Virus record (IMG/VR): IMGVR_UViG_3300023174_000122
Span: 21,344 to 85,343 of that record
Strand: one strand, 5' to 3'
Length of the DNA stretch: 64,000 bases
Source of the DNA: a virus
Below the pieces are notes generated by a model, which worked only from the letters and a program-made list of their open reading frames with translations, ran no database searches and had not been told where the DNA came from. A program made the translations under genes and the position numbers. Of the stretch, positions 58,956 through 64,000 are shown piece by piece; the stretch's first letter is position 1; each line of letters opens with the position of its first letter.

Positions 58956-60239
58956 TTAATAAATAGCGTATTTTTGGTTTAAATAAGTTTCAACTTGCTG
59001 GCGTTCTGTTAAGGTTAATGTTCTATTATAAATTACTATTTCACATACATATGAATCAGATGCCTCTTCGTTCCCACCATTCCAAATTCCTCCACCAACT
59101 GATATTCCATTTAAAATAACTGTTGAATTAGAAGCACCGCTAGATTGTGAAACTCCATTTTGAGAAAAATCAAAAGTTGTATTTGGATCAGAAAATGCAG
59201 TTGTAATTAAAAAATCTGTTGAAGTTTGCTCTCCTTCAGCAAGCCACCCATTATCTCCTCCACCATAAAATCTATTACTATAATTACCCCATGTTCCAAT
59301 TAAAACATTACCAAAATAAGATGAAAATATTCTTCCAGTATTTGTTGATTTTTGTTTTGTAACTGAAAAGAAAGTAAATCCAGTAAGACCAAAACTAGTG
59401 TTACTTAATCCTGTGTTACTACCAACTATAAACTCTATTGCTGGTTTTCCATTTAAAAAAGAAGAAACAAAAGTTGGCGCATTTTGATTATCTGGAGTTA
59501 ATACAATACTATTTCCACTTTGATCTGCCCACTCAGTTACATAGTCTGAATTTGCTGTTGAAGTTGTAATGCTTCCGCTGATAGAACCAACTGGATAGAA
59601 TGCAACTGACGATGTTGTTGGAGATCCAGTTCCATTTACCAAAGTCCAAGCTCCAGAATAATTTGCGTTTGTATTTGTGGCTAGTAACTCGGTTGAATTG
59701 TCTAGATTAAAAAGGTTCTCTCCATTTATAAAATAAGGAAGTTTTACAAAACCCTCCGAATCTTCGTATGCGCCGAAAGTGTATGTTCCATTTGCAGGCG
59801 AATAGTCATCAGTAAATCCAGTAATAACCACTTGATTAAGACGCTGACCAAGTATACTCCAGCTTTCTCCATTGGATGAAGAAAATCCAATCGTATTTGA
59901 AATAACATATAAGAAAAATTGTTCTTCGTTAGAATCCCAAATTATTGTGTATCCATTTGTGGAAGATAGAGTATAATTATTAACTCTATATCCCTCATAG
60001 TTAAATGTCGGAACAGTTGTTGCCGTATATGTTCCATTAACACTTGGATTGCTTGTTCCAGATATTATAATCTCTGAGATATAATTAAATGAGAATTTGC
60101 TTACCCCAGCGTCAGCTTTCAACCAAAGAGATAATCCACCTAAACTTGATGGAAGAAAAGAAGCTCCTTGTCTTGGAATTTTGAAGGTTGTATTTTTTTT
60201 AAAATTTAAGTTTGCTTGTTTTTTAACTGTAAAAGACAT
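58956..60239 (-). CDS. LamG/concanavalin-like virion accessory protein
   Basis: LSLWLKADAG...VTEWADQSGN...NGKPAIEF...EIVIYNRTLT..ERQQVETYLNQKY. Confidence 0.8.
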   Translation of the reverse strand: MSFTVKKQANLNFKKNTTFKIPRQGASFLPSSLGGLSLWLKADAGVSKFSFNYISEIIISGTSNPSVNGTYTATTVPTFNYEGYRVNNYTLSSTNGYTIIWDSNEEQFFLYVISNTIGFSSSNGESWSILGQRLNQVVITGFTDDYSPANGTYTFGAYEDSEGFVKLPYFINGENLFNLDNSTELLATNTNANYSGAWTLVNGTGSPTTSSVAFYPVGSISGSITTSTANSDYVTEWADQSGNSIVLTPDNQNAPTFVSSFLNGKPAIEFIVGSNTGLSNTSFGLTGFTFFSVTKQKSTNTGRIFSSYFGNVLIGTWGNYSNRFYGGGDNGWLAEGEQTSTDFLITTAFSDPNTTFDFSQNGVSQSSGASNSTVILNGISVGGGIWNGGNEEASDSYVCEIVIYNRTLTLTERQQVETYLNQKYAIY

Positions 60240-60247
60240 AAATTATA

Positions 60248-60253
60248 TTACAC
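60248..60253 (-). promoter_or_regulatory. GTGTAA candidate late-promoter motif
   Basis: GTGTAA-N8-ATG(60239). Confidence 0.6.
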
Positions 60254-60519
60254 TACTGTTTTAAGTAGTTTTTTATATCTTTTATTAGCTTTTTTCTCTT
60301 ATTGTGTTCTAATACTGTTACAAAAGTGGCAACTGATATTGGAAAAAATATCCTAAGAAAGAACTGAAGGTGATCTTCTCTACTTAATAAATCAAAGTAA
60401 TTAATATAAAGGTCACTTAGCCCCCAAAATGTGAAAAGCATTGCTGGAATAAATGTAATGAAAAAGAACTTATCATAAGTTTTTAAATTAATCCACCAAT
60501 TTTTTATTTTCATCGCCAT
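60253..60519 (-). CDS. Small two-TM membrane protein
   Basis: 88 aa with two hydrophobic helices and a basic C-terminus. Confidence 0.6.
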   Translation of the reverse strand: MAMKIKNWWINLKTYDKFFFITFIPAMLFTFWGLSDLYINYFDLLSREDHLQFFLRIFFPISVATFVTVLEHNKRKKLIKDIKNYLKQ

Positions 60520-60527
60520 ACATAGGC

Positions 60528-60533
60528 TTACAC
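60528..60533 (-). promoter_or_regulatory. GTGTAA candidate late-promoter motif
   Basis: GTGTAA-N8-ATG(60519). Confidence 0.6.
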
Positions 60534-60537
60534 ATTA

Positions 60538-60870
60538 TTAAATTGGAGTTGCTTGATATGGAACTCCATTTGATAATACTGGTGGTACTTTATATTGAGA
60601 ATCTGTTGGAGTAGACGAAGCTCCAGAGGCTGTGTCTGGAGAACTAAAAGTAGAGAATTGAAATTCTTTTTCCATGTTAACATCATTTTCATTAACCTCT
60701 ATTTGCTTAGACATACCGTTAACTTCTAGAGCTACTGGGCTTTTATGACCTGATACATTAAGCATCATTTCGCCTTGTTCATTTTTAGTTATTTTAATTC
60801 TTATTTGATCTTCTGTATAAGAATAAGTTGTTAATAGAAATGCCGCTAATAGTATTATTGTTTTTTTCAT
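60538..60870 (-). CDS. Secreted hypothetical protein
   Basis: Signal peptide MKKTIILLAAFLLTTYSYT and an S/T/P-rich tail. Confidence 0.65.
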   Translation of the reverse strand: MKKTIILLAAFLLTTYSYTEDQIRIKITKNEQGEMMLNVSGHKSPVALEVNGMSKQIEVNENDVNMEKEFQFSTFSSPDTASGASSTPTDSQYKVPPVLSNGVPYQATPI

Positions 60871-61193
60871 AAGGTTTTATATATTGGGGTTTGGAAAACA
60901 TTGGATTTATTTTTTAAACGTACTTGTTTCATGGTATAACCTATCATCACATACAAAGGTTCTTCTGAATTTGTAGGCTTTGCAGGTTTGCCTAGACTTA
61001 AAATATATTTATGGCTATCATGGCCAATAGGTTCTGCGCTCTGGGTAAAGCAAGAACCTTCATCTGTTACATATTCAAAATCCATGCCATAATTATCTAT
61101 TTGTTGTTTTACTAAAAACGGATGAGGACTATAAACTGTATAAAAAATACTAATTGCAATACAAATGCCCACGATAAAAGGTATCTTATTCAT
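60867..61193 (-). CDS. Membrane-anchored hypothetical protein
   Basis: N-terminal TM helix. It is coupled to its neighbours by 4-nt start/stop overlaps. Confidence 0.6.
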   Translation of the reverse strand: MNKIPFIVGICIAISIFYTVYSPHPFLVKQQIDNYGMDFEYVTDEGSCFTQSAEPIGHDSHKYILSLGKPAKPTNSEEPLYVMIGYTMKQVRLKNKSNVFQTPIYKTL

Positions 61194-61408
61194 TGGATTG
61201 TAAAAATAGAATACCTACCTTTGCCTAAGCATTGGTAATAGTATCTATACTTCTCTTCTCCAACTTTATGAACTCCAAAAACTTCATCTTTAAAGTAATC
61301 CTTTAAACTAACTGTGTCGTGATCTCCAACATGTTTTTTGATCCAAGTAGAAACTTCACCAACGTTTCCTTCAAAGACTACTACTTTTCCATGACTTGTG
61401 TATTGCAT
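61190..61408 (-). CDS. Hypothetical protein
   Basis: 72-aa ORF overlapping both neighbours. Confidence 0.5.
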   Translation of the reverse strand: MQYTSHGKVVVFEGNVGEVSTWIKKHVGDHDTVSLKDYFKDEVFGVHKVGEEKYRYYYQCLGKGRYSIFTIQ

Positions 61409-61647
61409 TTTTCTGTTCCACTTGCTGTTTGTATATCTAAATTATTTTTAGTTTGTTTAGCTATTATTGATCCTATCATACTTAATATAAGAACGCAAGC
61501 AAAAATTAGAGCATAATGTGTTTTTTCTTGGGCTTTCTTCTTAGCCCTATATTGATGGAAATTACTTATGAAGGCTTCTGTATCTCTTTTTGAGGGAAGA
61601 CTTTTTTCATAATTACTTAATAATAAGTTTCTCATATGATTATCCAT
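61381..61647 (-). CDS. Single-TM hypothetical protein (anti-sigma-like topology)
   Basis: A cytoplasmic N-terminus, a basic patch, then the TM segment YALIFACVLILSMIGSII. Confidence 0.55.
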   Translation of the reverse strand: MDNHMRNLLLSNYEKSLPSKRDTEAFISNFHQYRAKKKAQEKTHYALIFACVLILSMIGSIIAKQTKNNLDIQTASGTEKCNTQVMEK

Positions 61648-61656
61648 TGCTTTATT

Positions 61657-62316
61657 CTATCTGGCTTTTGTGTCAGATTCTAATATTACACTACCATCTG
61701 TTCTTAAAAGATTTCTTGTGCTTCCATGTGGATTTTTAATTGTTTTATCTAAAGCACCACTAGAATGATTAGTAAAAGCTTTGGTAAAGTCAACTAAGAA
61801 ATAATCATTTGTATCTAATGCTAATATTTTTTTAGAATTTTCTATACCATATTCACCACCTGCTCCTCCAAAACAAGATCCTCTTTTCCAAATAGTAGGA
61901 TGTTGTTCGTTGTGTGCAGGACAACTAAATACTGTATTTGCTTTCTTTTTTTTACCTGTATATGTAACAGGAATATAGTTAGTGAGATAATATTCTATGT
62001 TAGATTTATCAACTACATTTTGAGTTGTGCCACCAAATCTACTATCGCTAATAAATGTATTAATTGTTTGACCATCTGGACCTGGAGGCAACCAACCATC
62101 ATTTTCTGCTGCAAATAATAAAATACTTGTACCCACTTGTTTCATATTCGAAGCACAAGCAGCTTGAGACGATTTACGTTTTACTGCACCAAAAGCAGAG
62201 AATGATAAGCTCATTACGAATGCCATTATGACTATTACAACTGTCATTTCAACTAATGTGAAACCAAAAAATTTTAATAATTTTGGACGTTTTAAAAGCG
62301 TGTTGGGAGTTTGCAT
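61657..62316 (-). CDS. Prepilin-type N-terminal cleavage/methylation protein with an H-X9-DG domain (PVC-type pseudopilin)
   Basis: GFTLVEMTVVIVIM, A.CASNMKQVG..I..F..ENDG.LP, F.CP and C-terminal HGSTRNLLRTDGSV (H-X9-DG). Confidence 0.9.
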   Translation of the reverse strand: MQTPNTLLKRPKLLKFFGFTLVEMTVVIVIMAFVMSLSFSAFGAVKRKSSQAACASNMKQVGTSILLFAAENDGWLPPGPDGQTINTFISDSRFGGTTQNVVDKSNIEYYLTNYIPVTYTGKKKKANTVFSCPAHNEQHPTIWKRGSCFGGAGGEYGIENSKKILALDTNDYFLVDFTKAFTNHSSGALDKTIKNPHGSTRNLLRTDGSVILESDTKAR

Positions 62317-63998
62317 TTGTTTCTCCTCACGATTCTAAGGCCTATCAAAACACTAGCACCACCTAATAGAAGTGAAAATGTAGAAGGTTCTGGAATAACA
62401 TTTACTACTCCATCTGTGGTAAAACTATTAGCATCCCATTTCAAATTTGAATTAGCAGTATCTAAATTAGGTAATGCTGCTAGTAATGTATTAACATCAA
62501 ATGCAGATGCTTCGATTGACGCAAAATTAAATAAATCGTAACTATCATTCATTTGAAATGAGTAATTATCTAATGTTTCAAATGTCCATGATGTATTAGC
62601 CCCTAATGTTAACAAACTACTTACATTGATAGCATCGTAGGTGGTACCTCTGGTAGTTGGTGCGCCTAATTGGAATTGGAATGTTCCGTTACTTCCATTT
62701 AACTCATAAGCAGTTAGCAGACCAGGACTATTGCCAGGTGCCACAGTACCACCATTTAGAGTTAAGCCCTGCACACTACCAGAGCCACCTAATGTACCTC
62801 CTGTATTTACTAAAACATCTCCTGCACTTCCATTTACTGATAGTAAACTTCCATTGATAGTTGTACTACCAATATTACCACCAGAATTTACTGTTGCTGT
62901 ACCAGAATTGACGATAACAGTTCCAGCTGTTCCTTCTACTAATAATGTGCCACCACCTACAGTACTAGTACCCAAAAGACTACCGCCTGATTTTACATTG
63001 AGTGTGCCACCAGTATTAACTGTTGATATACCAGTTCTTCCATATACATCTAATGTGCTACCATTTATAGTTGTGATACCAGAATTGCCACCAGAATTTA
63101 CTGTTGCTGTACCAGAGTTGACAACAGTCTGTCCAACTGATCCTGATATCAACAAAGTGCCACCATTAACAGTAGCTTTCGAAGATGTACCACCTGTCTT
63201 TACATCAAAAGTACTGCCTGTTGCAATAGTTGTTTCACCTACTGTACCACTATTGAGCAAGCTTCCTCCTGTGAGAGTAGAGTTACCAAGAAACCCTCCA
63301 CTATAAACTGTAGCAGTTCCTGCAGACATGGAGAATGTACTGCCAGTTCCTCTCAAGTCCAAAGTACCACCACCTTGTGTTATTGTACCAGTTGTACCAT
63401 CTACTGATACTGTAGTGGTGACGCCGATAGAGAAATTACCAATAGTCCCAGTGCTATCAACTATTAAGTTTCCTGCGTTAGCAGTTATATTACCAGCTGT
63501 ACCTTTAACTCTTAAAGTTCCACCTGATACTATCGCAGCACTAGAAGCAATAGAGCCAGCAGTATCAACTACAAATATACCATCTTGTATGGTAGTGTCT
63601 CCATTATAAGAATTGACTGCTTGAAAAGTTGCTGTTCCAGTTCCTGATTTGGTTAAACCTCTGAGCGCAGACCCTGTATTGAGTAAGGAGCCCTTAAAGA
63701 GAAAATCTCCCACACCACCTACAACGCTTGTATCTGCAACTGTTCCTCCAATATCTAATGTTCCATCAAATTGCACAGTTAAATTGGTACTGTTATTGAA
63801 CAATCTTCTGCCACCACTTGAACCTGTAGATACAGTGAGCGTATTGGCACTATTAGTAAACTGCAGTAATGTTTTGTATCCTCCATGATTGGTAAAGTTC
63901 ATATTATTACCTTGATATTGATTCATAACATAAGTAGTAACAGCAGCAGAATTAGATCCTGCTAGATCCAATGTTCCCATAGTAGAAAGACTGGTTGA
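62292..63998 (-). CDS. PEP-CTERM surface protein with autotransporter-associated beta-strand and AIDA-like repeats (5'-truncated)
   Basis: GLTKSGTGTATF...NSYNGDTTIQDG, GGTLGGSG...VAPGNSPG and C-terminal IPEPST-TM-RR. The frame stays open past ATG 63980 to the window edge. Confidence 0.92.
   Translation of the reverse strand, partial: STSLSTMGTLDLAGSNSAAVTTYVMNQYQGNNMNFTNHGGYKTLLQFTNSANTLTVSTGSSGGRRLFNNSTNLTVQFDGTLDIGGTVADTSVVGGVGDFLFKGSLLNTGSALRGLTKSGTGTATFQAVNSYNGDTTIQDGIFVVDTAGSIASSAAIVSGGTLRVKGTAGNITANAGNLIVDSTGTIGNFSIGVTTTVSVDGTTGTITQGGGTLDLRGTGSTFSMSAGTATVYSGGFLGNSTLTGGSLLNSGTVGETTIATGSTFDVKTGGTSSKATVNGGTLLISGSVGQTVVNSGTATVNSGGNSGITTINGSTLDVYGRTGISTVNTGGTLNVKSGGSLLGTSTVGGGTLLVEGTAGTVIVNSGTATVNSGGNIGSTTINGSLLSVNGSAGDVLVNTGGTLGGSGSVQGLTLNGGTVAPGNSPGLLTAYELNGSNGTFQFQLGAPTTRGTTYDAINVSSLLTLGANTSWTFETLDNYSFQMNDSYDLFNFASIEASAFDVNTLLAALPNLDTANSNLKWDANSFTTDGVVNVIPEPSTFSLLLGGASVLIGLRIVRRNKCKLPTRF
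62878..63116. repeat. 29-nt direct repeat, 210 nt apart, within the beta-helix coding region
   Basis: CCACCAGAATTTACTGTTGCTGTACCAGA at 62878-62906 and 63088-63116 (peptide SGTATVNSGG). Confidence 0.8.
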
Positions 63999-64000
63999 CC

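Noticed and set aside
35452-63888. Short plus-strand ORFs opposite the replication, glycan and PEP-CTERM genes (e.g. 62731-63306)
   Set aside because: They are antisense shadows of well-supported genes, with no promoter or family motifs.
1-64000. Cellular chromosome or eukaryotic giant virus origin
   Set aside because: No ribosomal or core housekeeping genes are present. A tail module, divergent DnaE/DnaB/DnaG/RecA and sigma70 promoters fit a bacteriophage.
1-64000. Alternative genetic code (stop-codon reassignment)
   Set aside because: Code 11 gives near-complete tiling with intact conserved enzymes, and TAA, TGA and TAG all occur at sensible gene ends.
1-64000. tRNA, rRNA, CRISPR array, diversity-generating retroelement
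   Set aside because: Intergenic gaps are mostly under 70 nt. I saw no cloverleaf, repeat-spacer pattern, reverse transcriptase or adenine-variable repeat pair (by eye only).

Overview
This 64-kb, AT-rich, gene-dense window reads as part of a large dsDNA tailed-phage genome using the standard genetic code. The host is probably Verrucomicrobia or another PVC bacterium (inference). Bases 1-30190 (+ strand) are a virion tail module: the 3' end of a tape measure gene, putative distal-tail and hub proteins, and large LamG, RCC1 and FG-GAP adhesin-like proteins rich in [S/T]G dipeptides and poly-Ser tracts. Two genes with their own sigma70 promoters are inserted there, one encoding a Cys-rich protein with a Ser-Pro repeat. 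Bases 30187-64000 (- strand) carry three glycosyltransferases, then a bacterial-type replication set (split Pol III alpha, DEDDh exonuclease, PD-(D/E)XK nuclease, primase, ThyX, DnaB, RecA), then a sugar-nucleotide, glycosyltransferase and methyltransferase island (rfbB, gmd, split transketolase, GT9-like and GT34-like). After that come an HTTM (VKGC/SdpB-like) membrane protein with a partner and two 2OG-Fe(II) oxygenases, a LamG protein, and a host-type cassette of a PEP-CTERM adhesin plus an H-X9-DG pseudopilin. Two promoter classes are visible by eye: sigma70 -35/N17/-10 elements 5-9 nt before start codons (leaderless), and an intergenic GTGTAA motif (candidate late promoter). The best candidate novel systems are (i) phage-encoded virion-protein hydroxylation and glycosylation with visible acceptor motifs, (ii) the HTTM/2OG modification operon, (iii) the PEP-CTERM plus pseudopilin cassette, and (iv) a nuclease-like cargo domain inside the tape measure protein. 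No tRNA, rRNA or CRISPR array was seen. All family calls come from motif recognition by eye, not database searches.
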